Origin: Vitreimonas sp.
GTDB lineage: Bacteria > Patescibacteriota > Microgenomatia > UBA1400 > PJMF01
DNA length: 64,000 bases
Direction: 5' to 3'
NCBI GenBank assembly: GCA_035627515.1
Contig: DASPLQ010000012.1
Span: forward strand, 1,098,331 to 1,162,330
The notes under the pieces were generated by a model, which had not been told where the DNA came from, ran no database searches, and was given only the letters and a program-made list of their open reading frames with translations. A program made the position numbers and the translations under genes. This document shows positions 18,870 through 27,930 of the stretch, one piece after another (the stretch's first letter is position 1; every line of letters starts with the position of its first letter).

Positions 18870-19213
18870 ATTTAGACATTAGTGACTTTTTGAAAAAATC
18901 AGGAGACTTGCTGAACAAAGTTATTAAAAGCAGTCCTGAAGCTCTTGAGGTGGTTGCTGATGAGATATTACGACTTTCCCAAAGAGAAGTTCCTCACGAT
19001 GAGGGTGGTCTCCAGAACAGCGGACATGTAGAACCGAGAAGTGAGGAGGTGTTGGTGGGTTACAACAAACCCTATGCTGCTCGGCTACATGAACATCCAG
19101 AATATAACTTCCAAAAAGGAAGAAAAGGGAAATATCTTGAGGATCCAATTAAAAACAATTTAAATATTTTTAGAATGATGTTCTCTCAAGATTTATCAGG
19201 AGCATTTAAATGA
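18857..19213 (+). CDS. HK97 gp10-like neck protein
   Basis: VPHDEGGLQNS, YNKPYAARLHE, KYLEDP motifs. Confidence 0.8.
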   Translation: MANVNLDISDFLKKSGDLLNKVIKSSPEALEVVADEILRLSQREVPHDEGGLQNSGHVEPRSEEVLVGYNKPYAARLHEHPEYNFQKGRKGKYLEDPIKNNLNIFRMMFSQDLSGAFK

Positions 19214-19593
19214 GTAGTTTGATAACTGATATTGTCGATTATTTAGATGACCAGGGCATTGGAACCACAGGTACTAATTTATTTGAAGGCTATATTCCTG
19301 ACGCACCAGATACTTGTATTGCTGTGCTGAATACCGGTGGAACCAGGCCTGATCCAGACATTCCTACTAAGTCACCAACCTTTCAGGTATTTATTAGAGC
19401 AACAAGTTTCGCAGCGGGACAATCTAGATTAGACCAGGTGCGAGAAGCTCTTCATAGACAGTCAAATATAGAGTTTGTTACTGACGAAACCTATGTTTAC
19501 TACGTTTTAGCACTTGCAGAGGGCGGTCATGTGGGTAGAGATGAAAATGGAAGAGATTTATTTAGTATTAATTTTAAGGCACTCACCAGATGA
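19210..19593 (+). CDS. Tail terminator (minor capsid protein family)
   Basis: PTFQVFIR, GRDENGR..FSINF; position before the tail tube gene. Confidence 0.75.
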   Translation: MSSLITDIVDYLDDQGIGTTGTNLFEGYIPDAPDTCIAVLNTGGTRPDPDIPTKSPTFQVFIRATSFAAGQSRLDQVREALHRQSNIEFVTDETYVYYVLALAEGGHVGRDENGRDLFSINFKALTR

Positions 19594-19829
19594 TAGAAGA
19601 AGTAAAAAAATTCTATCGTGAGTTACGATGCAAAAATTGCCGGCGCCTACTGGCACAAGAATACCTTCTTGATGGTCGCATCGAAATTAAATGTGGAGCG
19701 TGCAACAGTATTAACTCTTTTGACTTCAAGCATTTGAAGCAATTAAAGAAAAAAAATACTGTGATCGTGCTGGAGAAGAACCCGGGTCTTCCCCAGAATA
19801 CAACTAGTCGGGAGAAAGGAAAAAAATAA
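19590..19829 (+). CDS. Mu Com-like zinc-finger regulator
   Basis: ELRCKNCRRLLA...IEIKCGACNSIN matches the Com family C-x2-C..C-x2-C pattern. Confidence 0.8.
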   Translation: MIEEVKKFYRELRCKNCRRLLAQEYLLDGRIEIKCGACNSINSFDFKHLKQLKKKNTVIVLEKNPGLPQNTTSREKGKK

Positions 19830-19830
19830 T

Positions 19831-20340
19831 ATGGCAGACATTTCTAACGTTAAAGTGGGAGTCTGTAGTGTCACCTTCGGTGGAACTGACTTAGGTCATA
19901 CCAAAGGGGGAGTTGAGGTTACTTACGAACCCGTACACAAAGACGTCATGGTTGATAAATTTGGTGAAACGATTGTTGAGAAATATCTCATTGGTGAGAA
20001 ACTCACTGCTAAAGTTCCTTTGGCTGAGTACACAATCGCTAACCTACGAAGATCCATGCCCCAAGCTACCTTTGCTGGAGCCGCTAACGCCCGGATTACT
20101 CTTGGTGCTAGTGCAGGTCAACGAGCTTCTACTGATGCCCTACAATTGGTGTTACACCCAATTAATGAAGGTACTAGAGCTTTCGACATCGTGTTCCACA
20201 AGGCATATGTCGCTTCTGAGATTGTTCTTAATCATAAAATTGATGAAGAAAAAGTCATCGAAGTGGTATTTGAAGCATTGCTCGACGAATCTAAGTCCGA
20301 TGGTAACTACCTAGGTCTTATTGGTGACTCGACTGCGTAA
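19831..20340 (+). CDS. Major tail (tube) protein
   Basis: DLGHTKGGVEVTY, VPLAE, VVFEAL motifs; synteny. Confidence 0.85.
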   Translation: MADISNVKVGVCSVTFGGTDLGHTKGGVEVTYEPVHKDVMVDKFGETIVEKYLIGEKLTAKVPLAEYTIANLRRSMPQATFAGAANARITLGASAGQRASTDALQLVLHPINEGTRAFDIVFHKAYVASEIVLNHKIDEEKVIEVVFEALLDESKSDGNYLGLIGDSTA

Positions 20341-20382
20341 AGAAATGGCAATGAGGCCTTGAGCCCGCCATTATTAACATAT

Positions 20383-20763
20383 ATGAAAAAAATCAATTTA
20401 GAGACACTAGAAAAAGAAGTTGAAATTAAAAAATTACCTATTGGCAAGTATGTTGAAGTGCTAAAAGCTTTGAATAATTTACCAAAAGAAATTTCAGGGT
20501 TAGAAAACATAACTCCTGAAGGAATAATTCAAAGACTTCCTAGCATAATTGCAAACAGCTTTGATGAACTGTGTAAAATAGTTTCTATCGCTACAGATAT
20601 GACTGATGATGAAGTTAAATCTATTAGTCTAGATGAACTAACAGAAATTATTATCACGGTAATTGAAGTAAACAAATTTGCTTCCATCGCCGATCGAGTA
20701 AAAAAAGCGTTCAGCCTAGCACCTCAAAAAACATCGACTATGATGAGTGGATCTGCTGGGTGA
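20383..20763 (+). CDS. Tail assembly chaperone (G)
   Basis: Between tube and tape measure genes; slippery A-AAA-AAA near the 3' end; ATG 20383 preferred over TTG 20359. Confidence 0.8.
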   Translation: MKKINLETLEKEVEIKKLPIGKYVEVLKALNNLPKEISGLENITPEGIIQRLPSIIANSFDELCKIVSIATDMTDDEVKSISLDELTEIIITVIEVNKFASIADRVKKAFSLAPQKTSTMMSGSAG

Positions 20764-21050
20764 TCGATACTCTAGCTTCTGAATACGGGTGGACCAAAAA
20801 AAGCATCTTAGAAGATGTTTATCTTGACGAACTTCCCCTGTTATTCAAAGCTAGAGAGCGGAGAAAGAACGAGGAACATAAAACTCTCCTGGCGATAATT
20901 CAAAATCCACATGTTAAGAATCCTCAGGAATTATGGCAGTTGTTTAATGCATCAAATGATGATAAAAATGAGTCAAAAGAACTAGATAAGCAAGCTTTTG
21001 CTCTATTTAAGGCGACTATCTCAAAAAATAGCAGCATACTTGTAAAATAA
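20700..21050 (+). CDS. -1 frameshift extension of the tail assembly chaperone (T segment)
   Basis: The -1 frame is open from 20700 (KKSVQPST...CWVIDTLASEYGW) and in frame with ORF 20760-21050. Confidence 0.8.
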   Translation, partial: KKSVQPSTSKNIDYDEWICWVIDTLASEYGWTKKSILEDVYLDELPLLFKARERRKNEEHKTLLAIIQNPHVKNPQELWQLFNASNDDKNESKELDKQAFALFKATISKNSSILVK

Positions 21051-21057
21051 GGAATAA

Positions 21058-21537
21058 ATGCAAGTAAACAAAACAACGTTGTTGGTTATCGGAGTATCAG
21101 CTCTGATGCTCAGTGCTTGCACTCCTAAAACCACTTCTTCCTCAGCAACTGAAAGTACTATGCAAACATCACCTAGCCCAACGATTTCAACCCCAGAGCC
21201 CACTCCTACCCCTACCTCAGAGGCTGTCTTATACGAGGAACTTCTTCATAAAGATCATGAAACGTATGAAACCAGATACTTGGTTTATAAAGGATCAGAT
21301 ACATCTGAGGTTTTTATTGAGAAACTATTAAGAGATATTGAGAAAAACAATTGCAAGGTAGCCTGCAATCTCTATTTATATGACAACAGAGAAGCAGCAT
21401 TACTTGAGATAGACGTTCATAACGGTAAAAAAACATTCACTCAACAAGAAAAAGATTATGCAAATGCGCATAGTATCGCTAACATAATCTTTGAAAAGGA
21501 TAGTGTTGAGGGAACCTTCATATACTATAAAAAGTAA
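21058..21537 (+). CDS. Lipoprotein moron (possible superinfection exclusion)
   Basis: Signal peptide with LSAC lipobox, then S/T/P-rich linker and a globular domain. Confidence 0.7.
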   Translation: MQVNKTTLLVIGVSALMLSACTPKTTSSSATESTMQTSPSPTISTPEPTPTPTSEAVLYEELLHKDHETYETRYLVYKGSDTSEVFIEKLLRDIEKNNCKVACNLYLYDNREAALLEIDVHNGKKTFTQQEKDYANAHSIANIIFEKDSVEGTFIYYKK

Positions 21538-21563
21538 GTTTGTTTCCAGACTAACTGTAATTG

Positions 21564-21611
21564 TTTGCTAAAGTTTGCCAAATTGTCCTTTCTGATCTTA
21601 AAAGTCATACT
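21564..21611 (+). promoter_or_regulatory. Second copy of the phased TTGC promoter motif, upstream of tape measure
   Basis: TTTGCTAAAGTTTGCCAA (17/18 identical to 13945-13962); CATACT -10 candidate at 21606-21611. Confidence 0.55.
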
Positions 21612-21613
21612 TT

Positions 21614-23752
21614 ATGAGTATGAGTTTCGATTTAGGTTCCGTAGTTGCACGCGTAAGTGCTGACATCTCAAATTTTAAAGAGGGCATTACTGAAGCAAAA
21701 GGCCACCTTTCTTCTTTTGGTGACAAATTAGGAACAGTTACGTCAAGTATCAGTGATTTTAGTAATAAGGCTGCAGTATTCACAACGGTAGTAGGCGCTG
21801 GTTTTAGCTTGTTAGCAAAAGAGACAATAGCAACAGCTGCTAATTTTGAACAAACGGGAATTGCTTTCAGTACGATGGTAGGTGACGCCGAAAAGGCAAA
21901 GGATCTTTTAAAAGAGATTTCTAAATTTTCCCGGGAAACACCTTTTGAACTTGAACAAGTGCTAGAAGGATCAAAACGTCTTCTTGCATATAACGTGGCT
22001 GCTAAAGATGTTATTCCAACAATGGAGATGTTGGGAAATATTTCTTCAGGCGTTGGAAGAGACAAGTTGCCTCAGCTGATCTTAGCCTTTGGTCAGGTAA
22101 AAGCGGCTACAAAATTGACTGGGGCTGAGTTGAGACAGTTTTCTGAAGCTGGTGTCCCCCTTTTACAAGCACTTGTTGATGAAGCAAATAAGGGTGGGGG
22201 CATGTTAGTTAAGGTTGGAGATTCATCCAAGAAGGCGAAAGTAGATGTGGGCGAACTCAATGACAAATTGGGCATTGCTAAAAAGAGACTTGAAGAGGCT
22301 ACAAAAGCAGGTAAAGCCAAAGAATCTACAATGATGAGTTTGAAGAACACAGTTCAAAATTATGAGCAAAAAATAGGTAGCGCTACAGCGGCCACAGCGG
22401 CAGCCGGAACAGGCTTTAAAAGAGTTAAGGTCTCCGCTGCAGAGATGATTGCAGCAGTTAGTGATGGGCAAGTAAAGTTTGAGGATGTACAAAAAGCTCT
22501 CTCCGGAATGACTGCAAAGGGTGGCAAGTTCTTTGATCTTATGAAAAGGCAAAATTCAACATTGCCAGTTGCCCTATCAAATATTAAACAATCATTTCAA
22601 GAGTTATTTACTACAATACTTGGTGTAAGCGTTACCGGCGAAGTTGCGGATGGATCTATTTTTCAAAAATTAACTGTAGCTGCGTTAGATTTTATGAACT
22701 TCATAGAGTCAGCACGGCCTCAGATCACAGCCATGGTGCAAGGCGCCATTGCAGAAGCAGGGGCGTTCTTTGTAGGACTCTACAACACTCTTAAACCTAT
22801 TGGTGAATGGATTACTGCCAACCAACAAACAGTAATTACCTTTTTACAAGGTTTGGGAATTGCGCTGGGAGTTTTGTTGTCTGTTGGAACAATTACATTG
22901 TTACTTGCTGCTCTGCTAAACCCTTTGGTGTTAGTATCCTTAGGTATCGCTGCTTTATATACTGCATGGCAAACGAACTTTTTAGGTATTCAGACAATCA
23001 CTCAACAGGTAGCTGATTTTTTAAAGTTTGTGTTTGAAAACTTCATTCTACCTATCTTTAACTCCTTTATTGCCTGGCTTAATGAAGTATTTCTTCCCGC
23101 ATTTAACGTTGTCTTCAATGGGGTATTGGTTCCCTTATTTAACTCGTTTGTGGGATGGTTCAAGGATAGGTGGACCTTCATCACTTCGATGATTGATGGG
23201 GCTTGGAAAATTATTTCTGGAATCATCTTAATAGCGTGGAACACCATAAGCGGCTTCTTAACAGCAGGTCTACAGCTCTTGGCTGGAAACTGGAAAGGAG
23301 CTTTTGAAACATTGGTAAATATTACTGTTAACAACAGTGAGGCAATTAAGAGAATTTTTAGTGGCATCGTTGAGTTTGTGAAGGGGTGGGGTGGAACATT
23401 CTATAACGAACTAGTAAAACCATTTCAAGATGCCTGGAACAAAATTCAAGAATTAATCGATAAAATAAAAGATAAAGTTGACCTTACCAAGCGTCACTCA
23501 CCTTCCGTCCTCGATATTGTTAAAAACGGTGTCTCCAAAGTAAATAAAGCCTTAGGAGAGCTATCTGTATCTACTAACCTAGAGCCGAGAATAGCTGGAG
23601 CAGCTATCTCTAATAGCGCATCTACAAACATGACTCATGTCACAGTTAGTCTCGATGGGGCAATGATTGGAGATGAATTTAGCGCCATGAGAATGGCTGA
23701 GACTATTGGAAATGGAATTATTAAAAAACTTGGTCAAAACGTGAGGTATTAA
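21614..23752 (+). CDS. Tape measure protein
   Basis: Tape-measure N-domain (ETPFEL, GQVKA..KLTGAELRQFSEAGVP), hydrophobic stretch, periodic W/F repeats, RHSPS motif. Confidence 0.92.
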   Translation: MSMSFDLGSVVARVSADISNFKEGITEAKGHLSSFGDKLGTVTSSISDFSNKAAVFTTVVGAGFSLLAKETIATAANFEQTGIAFSTMVGDAEKAKDLLKEISKFSRETPFELEQVLEGSKRLLAYNVAAKDVIPTMEMLGNISSGVGRDKLPQLILAFGQVKAATKLTGAELRQFSEAGVPLLQALVDEANKGGGMLVKVGDSSKKAKVDVGELNDKLGIAKKRLEEATKAGKAKESTMMSLKNTVQNYEQKIGSATAATAAAGTGFKRVKVSAAEMIAAVSDGQVKFEDVQKALSGMTAKGGKFFDLMKRQNSTLPVALSNIKQSFQELFTTILGVSVTGEVADGSIFQKLTVAALDFMNFIESARPQITAMVQGAIAEAGAFFVGLYNTLKPIGEWITANQQTVITFLQGLGIALGVLLSVGTITLLLAALLNPLVLVSLGIAALYTAWQTNFLGIQTITQQVADFLKFVFENFILPIFNSFIAWLNEVFLPAFNVVFNGVLVPLFNSFVGWFKDRWTFITSMIDGAWKIISGIILIAWNTISGFLTAGLQLLAGNWKGAFETLVNITVNNSEAIKRIFSGIVEFVKGWGGTFYNELVKPFQDAWNKIQELIDKIKDKVDLTKRHSPSVLDIVKNGVSKVNKALGELSVSTNLEPRIAGAAISNSASTNMTHVTVSLDGAMIGDEFSAMRMAETIGNGIIKKLGQNVRY

Positions 23753-23754
23753 TA

Positions 23755-25185
23755 ATGGCATACAGTATAACCATCGCCGGATTAGATCGAACTGCAGATG
23801 TGACCAACATGTCTCCTTCGATTACCGATGATCTTAATGACCAAGCTAATTCGCTACAATTCACTTTGGTTGACTTAAGTGGTCAAGGATTGCCTGAACT
23901 AGAAGATGAGGTTGTTATTACTTTGGCCGATGATAGCAAGATTTTCGGAGGAACTATTATCTCCACTAACTTAAAAAAGAAAGAGATGGGAACGGTTGCA
24001 GCAACAGTTCAGTGCATTGATTACACTCGATTACTCGATTCAAATCTTGTGGCAACTTCTTATCAAAACAAAACTGATCAGTTTATTATTCGTGATATTG
24101 TTTCAAACTATTGTGCCGGCACTGGGATCACCACGGCAAACGTTGGCCTCGGGGTGACAATTGACCAGATCACCTTTAATTACTTACAGCCTTCACAGTG
24201 TTTTAGAAAAATTGCTGAATTAACAGGGAGAAATTGGTACATCGATTATGATAAAGACGTACACTACTTTGCTTCTACTGAAAATGCCGCTCCTTTTGAC
24301 ATAAATAGTTCTAACGCTGAATATTTTGATTTAAATATTAGCAAGGATGCAAGTCAAATTAAAAATCGTGTGTACGTTCGGGGAGGAACTTACTTAAGTG
24401 ATACTTTCACTTTCGAAGAAAAAGGTGATGGAAAAAAAAGATCATTTACCCTGCCTGATAAACCACATGACATCACTTTTGCAATTAATGGAGTAAGTAA
24501 GTCTGTTGGTATTAAAAACGTAAATCTAACTGGTTTTGATGCGTATTTGAACTTTCAGGAAAAATATGTTGAGTTAGACGCCTCAATTACAACACCCACA
24601 GACTCTGACACTCTGACATTTACCTATCAATACGATATTCCAATTTTAGTAGCTGTAGAAGATTTTGATTCCATTGAGACTTATGGTCAAAAAGAATTTG
24701 CTATTTTTGATAAAACAATCAGAACAACTCAAGCGGGGCGCGATAGAGCTCAGGCTGAACTAACAGATTATGCAAATAACGTTATTGAGGGAAATTTCAA
24801 AACTCATACAACAGGATTTGTCTCAGGTCAATTTTTAAACATCAATCTTCCTGAGTATGGGGTAAATGCAGACTACTTAGTCCAAAGGGTTTCTGCAACC
24901 TCAATGGGTGGTGGAATGTATGAATACTCTGTAGACATAGTTAGTGCCAAAACCGTTGGCATTATTAAATTCTTAATCGAGTTGTTAGAAGCAAATAAAA
25001 ACCTAGTCGAGCTTAATGATGATGAAGTCGTGGATGAATTATTTTCAGCCACTGATTCCCTCAACTCAGACTCATTAACCGATGCTTTAACTATCGACTC
25101 CCAGGGAGCTTACTTCACTTGGGCTACTGACTCTTTAGAAATAACACAAACAAGGTTGAGGTGGGATCTCGGTCAATGGGGATAA
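23755..25185 (+). CDS. Tail tip/hub protein
   Basis: Follows tape measure; WYIDYDKDVHYF and IKNRVYVRGG hub-like motifs. Confidence 0.7.
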   Translation: MAYSITIAGLDRTADVTNMSPSITDDLNDQANSLQFTLVDLSGQGLPELEDEVVITLADDSKIFGGTIISTNLKKKEMGTVAATVQCIDYTRLLDSNLVATSYQNKTDQFIIRDIVSNYCAGTGITTANVGLGVTIDQITFNYLQPSQCFRKIAELTGRNWYIDYDKDVHYFASTENAAPFDINSSNAEYFDLNISKDASQIKNRVYVRGGTYLSDTFTFEEKGDGKKRSFTLPDKPHDITFAINGVSKSVGIKNVNLTGFDAYLNFQEKYVELDASITTPTDSDTLTFTYQYDIPILVAVEDFDSIETYGQKEFAIFDKTIRTTQAGRDRAQAELTDYANNVIEGNFKTHTTGFVSGQFLNINLPEYGVNADYLVQRVSATSMGGGMYEYSVDIVSAKTVGIIKFLIELLEANKNLVELNDDEVVDELFSATDSLNSDSLTDALTIDSQGAYFTWATDSLEITQTRLRWDLGQWG

Positions 25186-25186
25186 T

Positions 25187-25666
25187 ATGAAAAACATTCA
25201 ATCTGAATCTCAACAATATATTCAAATCAAAGGTGAGCTAGAAATCATTTTGGAAAATGTGGTAACTGGCAAGAAACAAGTTTTTAAACAACATAATGTC
25301 ATTACTTCTTTAGCAAAAACTTCCATAGCCATGGCCCTAAGAGGTGATACGAGTAATAACCGGGGAACAATTACGTACTGTGCAGTAGGCACAAACACAG
25401 TTGCTCCCACAGCCGCAGACACCCAATTGGGAGCTGAGTTATTTAGAAAACAGGTCTCTGTGCGATCCAACTCTGCCAACGAGGCAGTTTTCCAAACTTT
25501 CTTCACCACATCTGAGGCGAATGGAACTTTGCGTGAAGCTGGTTTATTTGGATATGACGCTAGCGCTACTCCAAACTCAGGAACTTTATTTTCTAAGATA
25601 GCTATTAACAGAGTGAAAACCTCAAATGACACACTCACATTTAGGTGGACTATAACAATAGGATAA
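25187..25666 (+). CDS. Baseplate/tail fibre attachment protein
   Basis: HNVIT, AVGT...DTQLGAELFRK, EANGTLREAGLF, KTSNDTLTFRW motifs. Confidence 0.75.
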   Translation: MKNIQSESQQYIQIKGELEIILENVVTGKKQVFKQHNVITSLAKTSIAMALRGDTSNNRGTITYCAVGTNTVAPTAADTQLGAELFRKQVSVRSNSANEAVFQTFFTTSEANGTLREAGLFGYDASATPNSGTLFSKIAINRVKTSNDTLTFRWTITIG

Positions 25667-25675
25667 GGAGTAATT

Positions 25676-26068
25676 ATGGTGCAATCAAGTGCTGTGGTAG
25701 CTGGAACTAACGCAACAGCAGACCAATACAACAAATTAAGAAATGATGCCCTCTTAGGGCTTAAAAGCGTGTCTGCTATTGCAACTGGCGCTGTTGACCT
25801 TTCCATAACAAACGATTGGGACATTACTCTTGATGATGCTTCTACTACCGTTGTATTTTCTAACGCAACAGTTGGTCAATGGTTTCAGGTGACAGCTATT
25901 CAAGATGCGACTGGAGGGCGGCTAATTACCTGGCCCGCAGGAATCAAATGGCCTGGAGGCGTTGCCCCAACTCTCTCTACGGCAGCTAACGCCATCGATA
26001 CGTTTATTTTCAAATGCACCGCTACCAATGTGTATCGGGGTTATTTTGGTGGATTTAACATGTCCTAA
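25676..26068 (+). CDS. Tail fibre-associated protein
   Basis: ATADQYNKLRND N-terminus; QDATGGRLITWP..IKWPGGVAPTLST motif. Confidence 0.7.
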   Translation: MVQSSAVVAGTNATADQYNKLRNDALLGLKSVSAIATGAVDLSITNDWDITLDDASTTVVFSNATVGQWFQVTAIQDATGGRLITWPAGIKWPGGVAPTLSTAANAIDTFIFKCTATNVYRGYFGGFNMS

Positions 26069-26091
26069 TTATTATTAAAAAGAAAGACAAG

Positions 26092-26292
26092 ATGACTAAA
26101 TTCAAAACAGTTTTTAAATATTACTTAAATGCATTCGACAATAAGATTGGGGATGTGATTGAGAACAAAGTGCCAATTAGCCTTTTTGCTGATTCGGAAA
26201 AGGAAGCTTTAGATAGAGCCAAGAAGCACGTATCGCGGAAAAAGTATGAGGTGGTAGAAGTTCAAGAAATTGTTGATGATACAAAACGTTAA
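26092..26292 (+). CDS. Small phage hypothetical protein
   Basis: 66-aa ORF between fibre genes. Confidence 0.55.
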   Translation: MTKFKTVFKYYLNAFDNKIGDVIENKVPISLFADSEKEALDRAKKHVSRKKYEVVEVQEIVDDTKR

Positions 26293-26295
26293 ATT

Positions 26296-27570
26296 ATGTT
26301 GACGCCTAATGTAACTATTCCATACGATAGCACCCACGCCTCAATACCAGGCGGTTTTTCTCGTGAGACCACACTTGATGGTAAATATCCCAAAGGTGCG
26401 CCAAATCTCACAAACCCTGGTGGCGCAGGTGGAGCATCAACACATACACATACTTCACCAAGCCACTCACACAGCTTTGCGTCACATACTCACAATATCA
26501 GCACCTCAAGCAACTTTCATCAGTTATTAATTCCAAACAATCAGTCTGATTCTGGCGGCAGTTCAATCGGACGAGGAACCCACTCTCATACGGGAACAAC
26601 ATCAGCTTTGACAAGCGAAACAGTTTCAAGTGAGGCTGTAACATATTCGAGTCAATCAAATGACCCCCCTTATTACGAAGTGATATTCATTAAATCGGTT
26701 GGTTATAACTCATTGCCCAATAATGCTATGTTACTCAACTCAGCAACTAGTAGAAATGGAATGAGTTTTCATACAGCTTCAGCAAATAGATTTCTCAAAG
26801 GAGCCGGCACGGGAGCTAATGCAGGTGGAACTGGAGGAAGTTTAACTAATTCTCATACAGTCAGTCACACGCACTCAACCTCGCACGGTCATACCGGAAC
26901 CACAGGCAACAATAGCGGTGGAACAATTGATCGTCAAAGTGGTTCTAACACTCCTCAGGGTTTATCCACTCATAGTCACGCCTTCTTATTGGATAATGCT
27001 TCAGTAACTTCTGATTCAAATAGTGCCATTACCTCACAATCGGAATCTGTTCAACCAGCTTTTAGAACTTTAAACGCGTTTAAGAACACCTCAGGATCAT
27101 CTATTGGTTTACTTCCAGGAGACATTGCCATGTGGCTTCAAAGCCTAGCTACCATACCAATAGGATGGGTTTTGTGTAATGGCAGCAATGGTACCCCTGA
27201 CATGAGAGATCAATTTTTAAAGATTCCAGCCTCAGCGTCTGCCACTACCACAGGAGGTAGCAATACACATACCCACGCAGCTCAAAGCCACACCCATACT
27301 GTTTCCTCCCATACTCATACAGGATCTGTTTCGCCGGCTGTGGAAACAACTTCTCGTAAAGCATCGGGTGATCAGGGAGATTGTTGGGGTGGTCCGAATG
27401 CTACAGAAATACCCAACCACACCTTATCAAGTATTTCCAGTACAGCAGGATCACTTCAGGCCGCTAACACTACAGCTAATTCATCTGATAACCAACCTGA
27501 ATACATTACTGTGGCGTTTATTCAATTTCAATATAGCCTGGGAGGTGCACCATTAGCATTCTTGATGTAA
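26296..27570 (+). CDS. His-rich tail fibre/needle with three tandem collar + HxH modules
   Basis: IPIGWVLCNGSNGTPDMRDQF tail-collar motif, many THTH/SHSH motifs, three P-x-Y/F closing motifs. Confidence 0.8.
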   Translation: MLTPNVTIPYDSTHASIPGGFSRETTLDGKYPKGAPNLTNPGGAGGASTHTHTSPSHSHSFASHTHNISTSSNFHQLLIPNNQSDSGGSSIGRGTHSHTGTTSALTSETVSSEAVTYSSQSNDPPYYEVIFIKSVGYNSLPNNAMLLNSATSRNGMSFHTASANRFLKGAGTGANAGGTGGSLTNSHTVSHTHSTSHGHTGTTGNNSGGTIDRQSGSNTPQGLSTHSHAFLLDNASVTSDSNSAITSQSESVQPAFRTLNAFKNTSGSSIGLLPGDIAMWLQSLATIPIGWVLCNGSNGTPDMRDQFLKIPASASATTTGGSNTHTHAAQSHTHTVSSHTHTGSVSPAVETTSRKASGDQGDCWGGPNATEIPNHTLSSISSTAGSLQAANTTANSSDNQPEYITVAFIQFQYSLGGAPLAFLM

Positions 27571-27576
27571 ATAATT

Positions 27577-27879
27577 ATGGAAATAGCCTGGAACGAAATA
27601 CTAATGACACTTTTGCCGCAACTTGGATTTGCGAGTGTGTTTATGTATCTCTATCACAAGGAAAAAGAAGAAAATAAAGAAAACATCAAGACTAGAGATA
27701 ATCGCATTCAGCAAATGACCGACAACTTAATGGAAGCCTACAGGAAAAATGGTGAGATTTGTGAGTCCCTTCAGAATGCTGTTGATAATAATACTAGAGC
27801 TATTGAACGCAACACAGCATCAGTCCAGAGCTTAAGTGAGAAGATACATACAACAATTACTTCTAGAAATGGGTCGTAG
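27577..27879 (+). CDS. Holin-like protein (one TM helix plus coiled coil, BhlA-like)
   Basis: QLGFASVFMYLY TM followed by a charged coiled coil; upstream of endolysin. Confidence 0.65.
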   Translation: MEIAWNEILMTLLPQLGFASVFMYLYHKEKEENKENIKTRDNRIQQMTDNLMEAYRKNGEICESLQNAVDNNTRAIERNTASVQSLSEKIHTTITSRNGS

Positions 27880-27930
27880 GGTTGCTTAGAATGGTAGGTA
27901 GAAATATATCGAAGGAAAACAAAACAGATC

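Noticed and set aside
25222-25824. 200-aa minus-strand ORF and other antisense ORFs in the track
   Set aside because: They lie opposite well-supported genes and have no motifs; treated as shadow ORFs
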